A DNA stretch of 64,000 bases from an uncultured Draconibacterium sp. (GTDB taxonomy: Bacteria > Bacteroidota > Bacteroidia > Bacteroidales > FEN-979). The notes under the pieces are model-generated. The model was not told where the DNA came from, did not search any database, and saw only the letters and a list, made by a program, of their open reading frames with translations. The position numbers were made by a program, and so were the translations under genes. The stretch lies in contig CAYHGE010000001.1 in assembly GCA_964355945.1 (NCBI GenBank), positions 48,259-112,258 on the forward strand, given 5' to 3'. Below, piece after piece: positions 39,222 to 49,467 of this stretch; within the stretch, counting starts at the first letter, position 1, and each line of letters starts with the position of its first letter.

Positions 39222-39809
39222 ATGGAAAAAATCAGGCTGGATATCATCGGAATGTCTTACAGTCAGTCGCAAAGCGGAGCATACGCACTTATTTTGGGTG
39301 AGCGCAACGGCAACCGGCGATTGCCAATAATCATCGGCGGATTCGAAGCCCAATCCATCGCCATTGAACTTGAAAAAATACGCACTCCCCGCCCCTTGAC
39401 GCATGATCTTTTTAAATCATTCGCTGATGTTTACAACATTGAAATATCCGAAGTTGTCATCAGCAAATTCAGCGAAGGGGTTTTCTATGCCAAATTAATC
39501 TGTTCCGACGGCAAAAATGTACATGAGGTTGATTCACGCACATCCGATGCAATTGCCCTGGCACTGCGATTCAGCTGTCCTGTATATACGTACGAAAGTA
39601 TCATGACTGCTGCGGGAATACTGATGGAAGAGGAGGCAGAACTGCTCAAACAACATGAGGAGCCTGCTCCGGATGAGATACCTGAAGCACCGGTTTCATT
39701 TTCAGAGGCGACCATCCTGGAGTTAAAGGAGATGCTTCAAAGTGCCATCGAAAATGAAGAGTATGAGAAAGCATCCAACATCCGGGATGAAATCAACAAA
39801 CGCAAATAA
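39222..39809 (+). CDS. Bifunctional nuclease (DUF151) with C-terminal UVR domain
   Basis: LPIIIGGFEAQSIA, RPLTHDL, DSRTSDAIALA, E.YEKAS.IRDEI. Confidence 0.92.
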   Translation: MEKIRLDIIGMSYSQSQSGAYALILGERNGNRRLPIIIGGFEAQSIAIELEKIRTPRPLTHDLFKSFADVYNIEISEVVISKFSEGVFYAKLICSDGKNVHEVDSRTSDAIALALRFSCPVYTYESIMTAAGILMEEEAELLKQHEEPAPDEIPEAPVSFSEATILELKEMLQSAIENEEYEKASNIRDEINKRK

Positions 39810-39851
39810 ATTTTCTGAACCTGACTTATTAACACTTAAAAGAAAATCCTG

Positions 39852-41105
39852 ATGGGAATAAAACTTCGTTTAATACTGATGAATTTTTTCCAGTTCTTTG
39901 TATGGGGAGCCTGGCTCATAACCATTGGAACCTATTGTTTTAATGCCAAAGGTTGGACAGGGGCTCAGTTTGGGGCAATATTTTCAACACTCGCAATTGC
40001 CTCTATTTTCATGCCGGCGCTTACCGGAATTATTGCAGACAAATGGATAAATACCGAAAAACTCTATGGTGCACTGCACATTTTGTATGGATGTGTGCTG
40101 TTCTTTGTGCCACAAGTCAATGATCCGGATACCCTGTACTACGTGATATTATTGGCCATGATTTTTTATATGCCAACCATTTCTCTTTCCAACTCTATTT
40201 CCTATTCAATTTTAAAAAGCAACAATTTTGAAGTTGTGAAGGCGTACCCACCGATACGGGTTTGGGGGACCATCGGCTTCATTGTCGCCATGTGGTGCAC
40301 CAATTTATCCGGCAGTAAGGCCAATGCCAATCAGTTCATCATTGGAGCGGTTGCAGCCATTGTTTTAGGCATCTATTCATTTACTCTTCCAAAATGTCTG
40401 CCGCAGAAATCAATAGCTAAAGACGCTTCCATGATGGAACAATTGGGCTTAAATGCATTCAAGCTTTTTTTGAATTATAAAATGGCGTTATTCTTTATTT
40501 TCGCCATGTTCCTGGGTGCCGCATTGCAACTGACAAATATGTATGGTGATTCTTTCCTTGATGATTTCAGGAATGTTCCGGAATATGCCAATTCATTTGT
40601 TGTAAAATATTCTACGATTATCATGTCGATTTCCCAGATGTCAGAGACCCTGTTTATTCTCACAATACCTTTCTTCCTGCGGCGCTTTGGAATTAAGAAG
40701 GTTATGCTTTTCAGCATGATCGCCTGGGTTCTTCGGTTTGGATTATTCTCGTTTGGAGATCCTGCCGGCGGTTTATGGATGATAATTTTGTCTTGTATTG
40801 TTTATGGAATGGCATTCGATTTTTTCAACATCTCCGGTTCCTTATTTGTTGAAACCACGACCGATTCTAAAATAAGATCGAGTGCACAAGGTCTGTTTAT
40901 GATGATGACCAATGGTTTTGGCGCATACTCTGGCAGCAAAATAAGTGGATTCATTATTGATAAATATTATACAAACGCTCAGGGTAAGGATTGGCATGGA
41001 ATCTGGCTTGCTTTTGCAATCTATGCCTTGATTGTGACAGTTGCATTTGCCTTTCTCTTTAAACATAAACACGACCCCAAGGCAATACCAGTTACCTCTC
41101 ATTAA
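39852..41105 (+). CDS. Nucleoside:H+ symporter (NupG/XapB family, MFS)
   Basis: [52 protein letters not shown]. Confidence 0.92.
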   Translation: MGIKLRLILMNFFQFFVWGAWLITIGTYCFNAKGWTGAQFGAIFSTLAIASIFMPALTGIIADKWINTEKLYGALHILYGCVLFFVPQVNDPDTLYYVILLAMIFYMPTISLSNSISYSILKSNNFEVVKAYPPIRVWGTIGFIVAMWCTNLSGSKANANQFIIGAVAAIVLGIYSFTLPKCLPQKSIAKDASMMEQLGLNAFKLFLNYKMALFFIFAMFLGAALQLTNMYGDSFLDDFRNVPEYANSFVVKYSTIIMSISQMSETLFILTIPFFLRRFGIKKVMLFSMIAWVLRFGLFSFGDPAGGLWMIILSCIVYGMAFDFFNISGSLFVETTTDSKIRSSAQGLFMMMTNGFGAYSGSKISGFIIDKYYTNAQGKDWHGIWLAFAIYALIVTVAFAFLFKHKHDPKAIPVTSH

Positions 41106-41143
41106 TTTACCTGTATTTATTATTCCTGCATTCAAAATCCTTA

Positions 41144-41938
41144 ATGAAGCAATACCTCTCCCTCCTCAACCATGTCCTTGCCAACGGCATCGAAAAATCT
41201 GACCGCACTGGCACCGGTACCATCAGCGCGTTCGGATACCAGATGCGGTTCGACCTGAGGAATGATTTTCCGATGCTCACGACGAAAAAACTGCACCTGC
41301 GGTCAATCATTCATGAACTGCTCTGGTTTCTTCAAGGATCAACCAATGTTAAATATCTCAAAGACAACAACGTGTCGATCTGGAACGAATGGGCTGATAG
41401 CGAAGGCAACCTCGGGCCGGTTTATGGCTGCCAGTGGCGATCCTGGCCAAAACCTGATGGCTCCCATGTTGATCAGATAAAACAGGTTGTTGATTCAATC
41501 CGGAAAAACCCCGACTCCCGGCGGCATATTGTAAGTGCCTGGAATGTTGGCGACCTTGAGAAAATGGCTTTGCCTCCCTGTCACCTGCTTTTTCAATTCT
41601 ACGTTGCAAATGGAGAACTCTCATGCCAGATGTACCAGCGTAGCTGTGATATATTCCTTGGAGTCCCTTTCAACATCGCTTCCTATGCCTTGCTTACCCT
41701 GATGGTGGCACAGGTAACAGGATTGAGACCCGGAGAATTCATCCATACACTTGGCGATGCTCATATTTATATGAATCACCTCGACCAGGTTCGGCTTCAG
41801 CTGACCCGCGACCCCTTGCCTCAGCCACAATTGATTCTTAACCCCGGGGTGAAAAATATTGATGATTTCCGATTCGACGATTTCCAATTGATTAACTACC
41901 AGTCACACCCTCATATCAAAGGTGATATCGCCGTTTAG
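41144..41938 (+). CDS. thyA: Thymidylate synthase
   Basis: [52 protein letters not shown]. Confidence 0.99.
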   Translation: MKQYLSLLNHVLANGIEKSDRTGTGTISAFGYQMRFDLRNDFPMLTTKKLHLRSIIHELLWFLQGSTNVKYLKDNNVSIWNEWADSEGNLGPVYGCQWRSWPKPDGSHVDQIKQVVDSIRKNPDSRRHIVSAWNVGDLEKMALPPCHLLFQFYVANGELSCQMYQRSCDIFLGVPFNIASYALLTLMVAQVTGLRPGEFIHTLGDAHIYMNHLDQVRLQLTRDPLPQPQLILNPGVKNIDDFRFDDFQLINYQSHPHIKGDIAV

Positions 41939-41943
41939 TAACG

Positions 41944-41980
41944 CTTTGCATTTTAACTTTGCATTTTCCACTTTGAACTT
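41944..41980 (-). repeat. Heptamer tandem repeat between thyA and folA
   Basis: Minus strand TTCAAAG TGGAAAA TGCAAAG TTAAAA TGCAAAG; same unit family as 21838-21951. Confidence 0.6.
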
Positions 41981-41985
41981 CATAT

Positions 41986-42474
41986 ATGATATCAATCATA
42001 GTCGCCATTGCCGAAAATAGGGCCATCGGAAAAAATAATGATCTGTTGTGGCACATCCCGGCCGATCTGAAAAGATTTAAACTCATCACCAGCGGGCACC
42101 CGGTGATCATGGGAAAGCGAACCTGGGAGTCCCTTCCAAGGCGACCTTTGCCCAATCGCAGGAATATTGTGATTACCGATATTCCGGGTGAAGTGATTGA
42201 TGGTTGTGAAATGGCTTATTCAATCACTGAAGCCGTTGCAAAATGCAACCCCGGGGAGGAGAATTTTATCATTGGAGGCGCCTCGGTATACCGGCAATTT
42301 TTACCCCTAGCCAACAGGCTGTACCTCACATTTGTTAAGAAGTCATTTGAAGCAGATGTCTTTTTCCCGGAAATCGATTTTTCTCAGTGGATTCTTGTTT
42401 CAAAAGAGGAGTTTCAACCGGATGAGGTTAATGATTTTTCCTATACAAATGAAACATATAATCGGATCCTGTGA
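41986..42474 (+). CDS. folA: Dihydrofolate reductase
   Basis: AIG.NN.L.WH.P.D...FK..T, MGKRTWES, PLPNR.N, IIGG..VY, D.FFP; follows thyA. Confidence 0.98.
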   Translation: MISIIVAIAENRAIGKNNDLLWHIPADLKRFKLITSGHPVIMGKRTWESLPRRPLPNRRNIVITDIPGEVIDGCEMAYSITEAVAKCNPGEENFIIGGASVYRQFLPLANRLYLTFVKKSFEADVFFPEIDFSQWILVSKEEFQPDEVNDFSYTNETYNRIL

Positions 42475-43755
42475 TCAGGTTTTACGTTTTTGCTTTTTAG
42501 CGGCAGGAAAGAGAATGTTGTTCAAAATCAGGCGGTAACCCGGTGAGTTGGGGTGAAGGTTCAAATCTGTTTGTGGATCTCCAACCAGATGCTGATAGTC
42601 TTCCGGATCATGCCCCCCAAGAAATGTCCATGTTCCTTTTCCAAAATCCCCATGAATGTAACGGGCCTCGTTCAACGATTTGGTTTCACCCAGCAGGATC
42701 ACATTCGATTTGACATATTTTTTGTTGAAGGCGGTGGTTTGTCCCATGAATCCATGAATAATGGTTTCATGATCCTGACAAAGCATACTGGGTACCGGGT
42801 CCCATTTGGCTGAGAAATCAAACAATGTGAAAAAATCATTCAGCTTTGTAATGGTCTTAGGACGTGTCTCTGTAACATCAATCGACGAAATTTCATATTG
42901 GTAAGGATTTGTTACCAGGCTGAAATTTTCAAAGGCAAAGCAATTCCTGAAGTTTAATTTTGACTGAGCACCGGGGTCAGGCGGATCTTCATCGAACATC
43001 ACATCACAGATGTCAATGCCTTCTGCTGATAAAGCGACGTCGTAACTGTCAGGCGCCGAGCACATGGCAAAAAGATAACCGCCGCCAGCAACAAAATCGC
43101 GAATTTTTTTTGTAACACTTAGTTTCATCTGCGAAACTTTTGAGAACCCCAGCTTTTTTGCATTCTCCTCCTGTGAATTCACATCCTCCTGGTACCATGG
43201 AAATCCCTTGTAAGCTGCCCAAAACTTTCCATACTGGCCGGTGAAATCCTCATGGTGCAGGTGCAGCCAGTCATACATTGGCAATAATTCCGAGGTAATC
43301 TCTTCATCATAAAGTACATCATAAGGAATCTCTGCATAAGTCAACACAAGTGTAACCGCATCATCCCATGGAAGTTTATTTTTAGGTGAGTAAACAGCGA
43401 TCCTGGGTGGTTTATGCAGTTTGATATTTTCCATATTTACCTGTGGATCAGATATTTCATCCAGAATTGCTGCGGCCTGAGCATCTGCGATAATCTGGCA
43501 GGTAACTCCACGGATTGTGCACTCCCCTTCAATGGATTTGGCATACTGGAACATGAAACTTCCTCCACGGTAGTTTAGCAGCCAGCTAACCTCAACATCT
43601 TTTTTAAGCACCCAATAGGCTATTCCATAAGCTTTCAGATGGTTTTTTTGTGATTCATCCATGGGTAAAAGAATGTATGCTCCCAGGGCAGGACGGAACA
43701 TGCAAAGCACAAAGAAAACGATTAGTATCGCGGATAAATTAAAACGGCGCATCAT
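42475..43755 (-). CDS. Conserved Bacteroidota exported protein (often labelled 'asparagine synthetase B'), function unknown
   Basis: QKNHLKAYG, WLLNYRGGSF, PWDDAVTLVLTYAEIPYD, WLHLHHEDFTGQYGKFW, GGHDPEDYQH, SPGYRLILNN; signal-peptide-like N-terminus. Start uncertain (43752-43770). Confidence 0.75.
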   Translation of the reverse strand: MMRRFNLSAILIVFFVLCMFRPALGAYILLPMDESQKNHLKAYGIAYWVLKKDVEVSWLLNYRGGSFMFQYAKSIEGECTIRGVTCQIIADAQAAAILDEISDPQVNMENIKLHKPPRIAVYSPKNKLPWDDAVTLVLTYAEIPYDVLYDEEITSELLPMYDWLHLHHEDFTGQYGKFWAAYKGFPWYQEDVNSQEENAKKLGFSKVSQMKLSVTKKIRDFVAGGGYLFAMCSAPDSYDVALSAEGIDICDVMFDEDPPDPGAQSKLNFRNCFAFENFSLVTNPYQYEISSIDVTETRPKTITKLNDFFTLFDFSAKWDPVPSMLCQDHETIIHGFMGQTTAFNKKYVKSNVILLGETKSLNEARYIHGDFGKGTWTFLGGHDPEDYQHLVGDPQTDLNLHPNSPGYRLILNNILFPAAKKQKRKT

Positions 43756-45250
43756 GGTGCTCATCATCATTCATTTTTGACATCACGGTTCGTGTCCGCG
43801 TGGTACTTTCAAACGCTGTATTGGGATTAATATTATTGACAGGATGATAGTCCATTTCAGCATCAACAAATTTTGCATACTTGGATACAAACCTGATGCG
43901 TATATCCATTAGGGGACCGTTCCTGTTCTTTGCAATAATGATATCTGCGACCCCGGCAGTGGAATCACCGCGTTCATCCACATCAATTTTGTAATATTCA
44001 GGACGATAGATAAACATGACCATGTCGGCATCCTGTTCAATGGAGCCTGATTCGCGTAAATCTGAAAGAATTGGTTTCGCCGCTGCAGATCGTTTTTCAG
44101 AAGCCCGGCTCAACTGAGACAAGGCAATTACCGGCACATCAAGCTCTTTCGCCAGGGTTTTCAGTGCCCTTGAAATACTGCTGATCTCCTGCTCACGGTT
44201 GCCCCGTGTATCTTGACTGCCCTGCATCAGCTGAAGGTAGTCAACAATGATCATCTGAATGTCGTGATGGGCTTTTAATCTGCGGCACTTGGCACGGAGG
44301 TCAAAGATTGATAAAGCAGCGGTGTCGTCAATAAAAAGGGGTGCTTCGATGAGTGGAGTGATCCTGGCATTCAGCTGCGCCCACTCATGGTCTTCCATGG
44401 TTCCCTTGCGAAGTTTTTCCTGGGGAATCTCTGTTTCACTCGACATAAGTCGCGTAACCAGCTGGATGGATGACATTTCCAGGGAGAATACAGCAATAGG
44501 CTTCTTGAAATCAACAGCGGCATTGCGTGCCATGGTGAGTGCAAATGCGGTCTTGCCCATACCCGGGCGTGAAGCAATGATAATCAGGTCGGATTTTTGC
44601 CAGCCGGATGTGACCCGGTCCAGTTCGGTAAATCCCGAACCGACCCCTCGCAGTTTTCCCTCCTGGTGCCGTCCGGCATTGATCTCCTTGATGGCCTCCG
44701 TGATGATGGATTGCATGTCCATGTATGATTTTCCGATGCTGCCTTCGCTGATGGAAAAAAGCCCGCTTTCGGCTTTATCCAGAAGATCGAAAACATCTGT
44801 CGTATCCTCGTAGGCATCTTTGATGATTTCTGAAGAGACCCTGATCAGTTCACGCTGGATAAATTTCTGAAGGATGATGCGTGCGTGAAATTCAATGTTG
44901 GCTGTTGATGCAATGCGGTTGGTAAGCATCGTGATGAAATAAGGGCCGCCTGCCACTTCAAGTTCTCCCGTTTTACGCAGTTCTTCCGTTACTGTCAGAA
45001 TGTCAACAGGCTCATTCTGTGCGAAAAGGCGCATGATGGCAGAAAAGATGGTCTGATGACTCTCTTTATAAAACGCTTCCGGTTTAAGCACCTCGATGAC
45101 TTCGGCCAGCCTGTTGCTTTCCAGCATCATTGCACCAAGTACCGCCTCTTCGAGGTCAAGCGCCTGTGGCGGGATCTTGCCATGTTCGAATACCACTTCA
45201 TTTATCCCGGGCTTTCTGGTGGTACGCCGCTTGAAATTCTTATCTTCCAT
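43739..45250 (-). CDS. dnaB: Replicative DNA helicase
   Basis: PPQA..LEEAVLGA, Walker A SRPGMGKT, FSLEM, IVDYLQL, SQLSR, DLRESGSIEQDAD, KNRNG; no intein. Confidence 0.99.
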   Translation of the reverse strand: MEDKNFKRRTTRKPGINEVVFEHGKIPPQALDLEEAVLGAMMLESNRLAEVIEVLKPEAFYKESHQTIFSAIMRLFAQNEPVDILTVTEELRKTGELEVAGGPYFITMLTNRIASTANIEFHARIILQKFIQRELIRVSSEIIKDAYEDTTDVFDLLDKAESGLFSISEGSIGKSYMDMQSIITEAIKEINAGRHQEGKLRGVGSGFTELDRVTSGWQKSDLIIIASRPGMGKTAFALTMARNAAVDFKKPIAVFSLEMSSIQLVTRLMSSETEIPQEKLRKGTMEDHEWAQLNARITPLIEAPLFIDDTAALSIFDLRAKCRRLKAHHDIQMIIVDYLQLMQGSQDTRGNREQEISSISRALKTLAKELDVPVIALSQLSRASEKRSAAAKPILSDLRESGSIEQDADMVMFIYRPEYYKIDVDERGDSTAGVADIIIAKNRNGPLMDIRIRFVSKYAKFVDAEMDYHPVNNINPNTAFESTTRTRTVMSKMNDDEHHDAPF

Positions 45251-45254
45251 GAGG

Positions 45255-45262
45255 CAAAAATA
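45255..45262 (-). promoter_or_regulatory. -7 promoter element (TATTTTTG) directly before dnaB
   Basis: TAnnTTTG only 4 nt from the ATG, implying a near-leaderless mRNA if real. Confidence 0.45.
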
Positions 45263-45313
45263 GGGCTATTCCGGCTTGGTTTTTCGGACAAAGCCCACAA
45301 TAGTTTTCAACAA

Positions 45314-46615
45314 TCAAAGACTGAAGGCAAGGGCAAAATGCATCCATTTGTGCCACCAGCCATTATGGAATTCAGGGCTTAAGATAACTTGCTCCACATC
45401 GATCCTGATCCCGTTGTACGATAAGGTGACCCCTCCGCTTGTCTGAAATACCGCATGCGAAATGTAATCGGACGTGAGGGTGTATATACTTGACTTGTTG
45501 AACATACCACCCTGCAGCGTTGCGTCATAACCAACCAGTTTGCCTGATCCTTGAACAAATAGAAAAACCTGAACTTTTCGTAATCCTGAATGAGTAAGTG
45601 CATCTTTTTTTCCGAGGCCAAGGTTGGAAAAGTAAGGGTTCAGCCAGCCGGCCCTGATCTGACCACCCCCCGACACGTTTGTATAAAGGGTACCCAAATT
45701 CCCGGTTGCAAAGAGGACAATGTCAATGTTTTTTTGGCATACAATACCTTGTTCAAACGATACCATGAAATTAAGAACAAGGTCGTTTTGTACCTGGTAT
45801 TGCCATCCAAGCGGCTCGTTGTTGGTTGGAACGGCATTGTGAAACGACCGCTGAACCCATTCTCCATAAGAGTTTGGTCCGATAATTCCGGCGTCCAGCT
45901 CACTGGTTTGCCTGAAATTGTGCGCAGTATCATTGGTGATTTTAAAAGTTCCGACATAAAGATATGCGGAATATGGCCGGTCTCCATATAAAACACCTCC
46001 CAGCTTTGTGGTTGAAGGGGTAAACATGTTTTGAACCAGCGACAACCCGTAATAGTTTGTTCCCGAACGCCAGTAAGGCAACATAAGTCTGCTTACCGGG
46101 TTCATCTGCAACCCGGGGGAGATGAACTCAATCTTGATGCCGTTGGTGTAAAAGCGGTCGGTGTAGTCAAGTATGTCATTGTCGAAATTTACCTTTAAAT
46201 AGGATTCCCTGCTCAAGGTGATCATCGATTGAAATTTCCGGTTGTCAACAGGAGTAAAAATATAATTTTTGGTCACTGGCTCATTCAGGTCTGGATCAAT
46301 TCCGTTGGATTGCAGATATTTCAGATGTGTGATGAATAAGGTGTCGACCGGTCTGGCAGGGATTTTTGCCAAATTTTTGTCAGGAGCAACAGTTCTGAAT
46401 TTTCTTTTTTTGAGATGCTTTCTCTTTATGTTTTCAGGTCCTTTAGTCAATGAAGGTTGACTCCCCGGGGTTTCGGGGTGGCTTCCCCCTGCCAAATTTG
46501 TTGAGTTGCTTTTAGTTTGTCCTGCCTCAGGTACGATATTCAGTGTTGTATCGTCCACACGAATACAATGGCAGGAAAATAAAAGTAAAATAAACAGGAT
46601 CAGGCTCTTTCTCAT
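45314..46615 (-). CDS. Lipid A deacylase LpxR-family (DUF2219) outer-membrane barrel with long N-terminal extension
   Basis: ND....DRFYTNG, QNMFTP, DRPYSAYL, GIIGP.S.GE.VQ..FH, GW..Q. Start set to ATG 46615, with TACCTTTG at 46624-46631. Confidence 0.8.
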   Translation of the reverse strand: MRKSLILFILLLFSCHCIRVDDTTLNIVPEAGQTKSNSTNLAGGSHPETPGSQPSLTKGPENIKRKHLKKRKFRTVAPDKNLAKIPARPVDTLFITHLKYLQSNGIDPDLNEPVTKNYIFTPVDNRKFQSMITLSRESYLKVNFDNDILDYTDRFYTNGIKIEFISPGLQMNPVSRLMLPYWRSGTNYYGLSLVQNMFTPSTTKLGGVLYGDRPYSAYLYVGTFKITNDTAHNFRQTSELDAGIIGPNSYGEWVQRSFHNAVPTNNEPLGWQYQVQNDLVLNFMVSFEQGIVCQKNIDIVLFATGNLGTLYTNVSGGGQIRAGWLNPYFSNLGLGKKDALTHSGLRKVQVFLFVQGSGKLVGYDATLQGGMFNKSSIYTLTSDYISHAVFQTSGGVTLSYNGIRIDVEQVILSPEFHNGWWHKWMHFALAFSL

Positions 46616-46677
46616 GCAGACCACAAAGGTAATCAATAACTCTTTTTTTTCTTAACTTTACAGTTCTGTTTTCTGCC

Positions 46678-47166
46678 ATGAAAAATATCCTGGTTTTATT
46701 GGCCTTTTGCTTTGCTGCAAATCTTGGTTTTACCCAAAAGACTTTGCTGATTGAGAAAATAGGCTCCTCCCGGAAGTACTTTTATCACACTGGTGACTAT
46801 ATGAAATTACGGGTTTCAAAACAGGATACCATGTTAAAGGGAAAACTCTGGTCAATTCAGGATAGCATGATCTCTGTTTCAGAACTCAGACCATTCGATG
46901 TTCAGTTGAAGGATATCAATTCTGTGTATAAACAATTTCGTTTCCCGAAAAAATTTGGAAAGTATATGTGCATTGGTGGAGGCGTGCTTTTTGCCATCGT
47001 CGGCATCAACCATTTGATAAACAATGAACAGGTCTTCACAAATGACATGTTTATTATCTCCGGTTCCATGGTGGGAGCGGGGCTGATTTCAATCTCTCTC
47101 AGCCAAAAACGGTGTAATACCAACAAAGGATGGAAAATCAAGGTACTGGATATCAATATTAATTAA
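46678..47166 (+). CDS. Hypothetical exported/membrane protein
   Basis: Signal peptide, basic beta-rich domain, two C-terminal hydrophobic segments. Confidence 0.7.
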   Translation: MKNILVLLAFCFAANLGFTQKTLLIEKIGSSRKYFYHTGDYMKLRVSKQDTMLKGKLWSIQDSMISVSELRPFDVQLKDINSVYKQFRFPKKFGKYMCIGGGVLFAIVGINHLINNEQVFTNDMFIISGSMVGAGLISISLSQKRCNTNKGWKIKVLDININ

Positions 47167-47172
47167 CCTGAA

Positions 47173-47982
47173 TCAGCCTTCAATCATCTCCTTGATGATG
47201 CGGGTCATGATGGGTTCCACCTTGCTGGCTGCATCAATCACGTGTTTATGTGTGATTTCAACGATCTTTCCGGGAACCCCAAGGTCAGAAATGATTGAAA
47301 CTGCGAAGCACTTCAATCCCATGTGTCGCGCTGCAATTACTTCAGGAACGGTTGACATTCCTACTGCATCTGCACCAATGGTACGGATGTACCGGTACTC
47401 TGCAGGCGTTTCATACGTTGGACCTGAAACAGCTGCATAAACTCCCTTCTGCAATTTTATTCCATGTTTCCCGGCAATTCCAAAGGCTTTTTCGATAAGA
47501 GCAGGATCGTAAGCATTGCCCATGTCAGGAAAACGAGTACCTACCTCATCTTCATTTTTTCCGATTAATGGATTATCTTTCATGAGGTTGATATGATCTT
47601 CGATCACCATGATGTCGCCAACTTCAAAGTCGGGATTCACCCCACCGCTGGCATTGGAAAGTACCAGGAGCTGAATGCCCAGAAATTTCATGACCACCAC
47701 CGGAAAGGATATCTCCTGCATGGTGTAGCCTTCGTAATAATGAAAACGGCCTTGCATGGCGATGATGTTTTTCCCGCCCATGGTTCCGAAAATCAACTGG
47801 CCATGGTGACCGGCAACCGTTGAAACAGGGAAGTTGGGAATCAATTCATAAGGAATGGTATGCTGAATGTCGATTTCGTTGACCAAGCCCCCCAAACCCG
47901 TACCAAGAATGATACCCACTTCGGGCTTTTGGGAAATCCTGCCTTCAAGATACTCGACTGTTTCTTTGATTTTGTTTAACAT
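47173..47982 (-). CDS. Purine-nucleoside phosphorylase (trimeric, PunA/XapA type)
   Basis: GIILGTGLG, STVAGH.G, QGRFHYYEG, NASGG, DHIN, GPTYETPAE, GMSTVPE. Start set to ATG 47982. Confidence 0.95.
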   Translation of the reverse strand: MLNKIKETVEYLEGRISQKPEVGIILGTGLGGLVNEIDIQHTIPYELIPNFPVSTVAGHHGQLIFGTMGGKNIIAMQGRFHYYEGYTMQEISFPVVVMKFLGIQLLVLSNASGGVNPDFEVGDIMVIEDHINLMKDNPLIGKNEDEVGTRFPDMGNAYDPALIEKAFGIAGKHGIKLQKGVYAAVSGPTYETPAEYRYIRTIGADAVGMSTVPEVIAARHMGLKCFAVSIISDLGVPGKIVEITHKHVIDAASKVEPIMTRIIKEMIEG

Positions 47983-49021
47983 AGCGTAAAATCTCGTTAT
48001 CAAATTTTTCTTTATCGGTGCCATGAAAATCGATCTCCATGGAAACGCAAAATAACGGTAAATTTTTCAAATAAGTACCAAGTTCCGGAGTTTTCAGCCT
48101 CATTACATCCTTTTCGGTAGTTATAATGAGCTTCTTCTGCGTTGGCAGGTCATGGTAGGTACGTGTGATTGCCTCAAGATCTTTCACAGTATATGGGTGA
48201 TGATCAGCAAATTTCATCACAACCAGTTCACTGCACATCCGTTCAAGATGTTCCCTGAGGGGATAATCATTTGCAATCCCGGTAAAAAGCAGGATATTGG
48301 TCAATTTTGCCGGAAATTCAGGGTTCAGGGTGTCAAAAACAGAAACAGGATCCTGGTATTTTATATAGGAGAAGTAGATATGCTGATGGTTGTGTGGTTT
48401 TAACTCTTCAATGATCCTCCTTCGGGTGATCGGGGAGAAGATTCTGGGCGTTTTGGTCACCACGATAATGTCGGCACGCCCTGAGCCTGAGCGGAATTCA
48501 CGCAACGTTCCGGATGGAAGAACCCAGTCTTCTGAATAAAGTCGATGATAATCTGTTAAAAGGATTGACAAACCGGGTTTTACATACCTATGCTGAAATG
48601 CATCATCCAGCAGTATTACGTCAATATCCGGATGCTTTTCAAGCAGGAGACGAACACCACGGCTCCGCTTTTCATCCACGGCAACTTTTACCTCCTCAAA
48701 TTTTTTCAAAACCTGTAAGGATTCATCTCCGATATATTTAACACTCGATCGTTTGGATGCAAGGATAAATCCACTGCTTTTCCGGCCATATCCCCTGCTC
48801 AGGGTGGCAACTATATTCCTGGATGACAGGAGCCTGATCAGGTATTCGATATGGGGTGTTTTTCCTGTGCCGCCAAATGTGAGATTACCGACTGAAACAA
48901 TGGGCCTGTCAAATGTTTTGGACGGCAGGAGGTGAAGATCAAACAGGAAATTCCTGATCATCATGGCCAAACCATAGCACAATGAAACAGGAAGTATAAT
49001 AACCTGGAGGATTCGTGTCAT
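47945..49021 (-). CDS. lpxK: Tetraacyldisaccharide 4'-kinase
   Basis: SVGNL..GGTGKTP, LSRGYGR, GDE, LDDAFQHR, LPSG.LRE, F.DHH, TTEKD. Confidence 0.97.
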   Translation of the reverse strand: MTRILQVIILPVSLCYGLAMMIRNFLFDLHLLPSKTFDRPIVSVGNLTFGGTGKTPHIEYLIRLLSSRNIVATLSRGYGRKSSGFILASKRSSVKYIGDESLQVLKKFEEVKVAVDEKRSRGVRLLLEKHPDIDVILLDDAFQHRYVKPGLSILLTDYHRLYSEDWVLPSGTLREFRSGSGRADIIVVTKTPRIFSPITRRRIIEELKPHNHQHIYFSYIKYQDPVSVFDTLNPEFPAKLTNILLFTGIANDYPLREHLERMCSELVVMKFADHHPYTVKDLEAITRTYHDLPTQKKLIITTEKDVMRLKTPELGTYLKNLPLFCVSMEIDFHGTDKEKFDNEILRYVKQNQRNSRVS

Positions 49022-49047
49022 AATTGAAGCTCCTAAGTTAGGAAAAA

Positions 49048-49467
49048 TTATTGCACGTTGAATATGGTTTTTTCTCTGGCGAGAAAATCAATATTTTTTA
49101 AAAGTTCCGTAATACCCTCCTCAGGAGTATGGGTTTTTACAATACAATCGCATGCACCAGCCTCCAGCAGTTTTCCCGGAAGTTCCTGCTCCTCAAATTT
49201 GTCGAAGAAAATAACCCGGGCAGACGAGGAAAAGTCATTAATGTTTTTTAAAAAATCAAATCCTGAATGATTTCCTGTGAAAAAGCTGGTGATAATGAAA
49301 TCAGGATGAGGATTTTTTTTTAACCGGTATAAACACTCCTCCCCTGAAGGAAAGGATTCAACAGTTGACCGCTTTTTGCTCTCGAGATAAAACCTGATCA
49401 TATTCCGGTGAATAGGGTTCTTATCCACAATAAATACCAAAGAATTTTTCATACGTGGTGTTGACAT
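49048..49467 (-). CDS. Stand-alone receiver (REC)-fold protein with degenerate phosphorylation site
   Basis: VFIVDKN, F.SGEECL, PDFIITSF, SGFDFL, GA.D.IVK; Ser sits where the phosphoacceptor Asp is expected. Confidence 0.75.
   Translation of the reverse strand: MSTPRMKNSLVFIVDKNPIHRNMIRFYLESKKRSTVESFPSGEECLYRLKKNPHPDFIITSFFTGNHSGFDFLKNINDFSSSARVIFFDKFEEQELPGKLLEAGACDCIVKTHTPEEGITELLKNIDFLAREKTIFNVQ

Noticed and set aside
43739..45250. Intein in dnaB
   Set aside because: The length (503 aa) and continuous motifs leave no room for an insertion.
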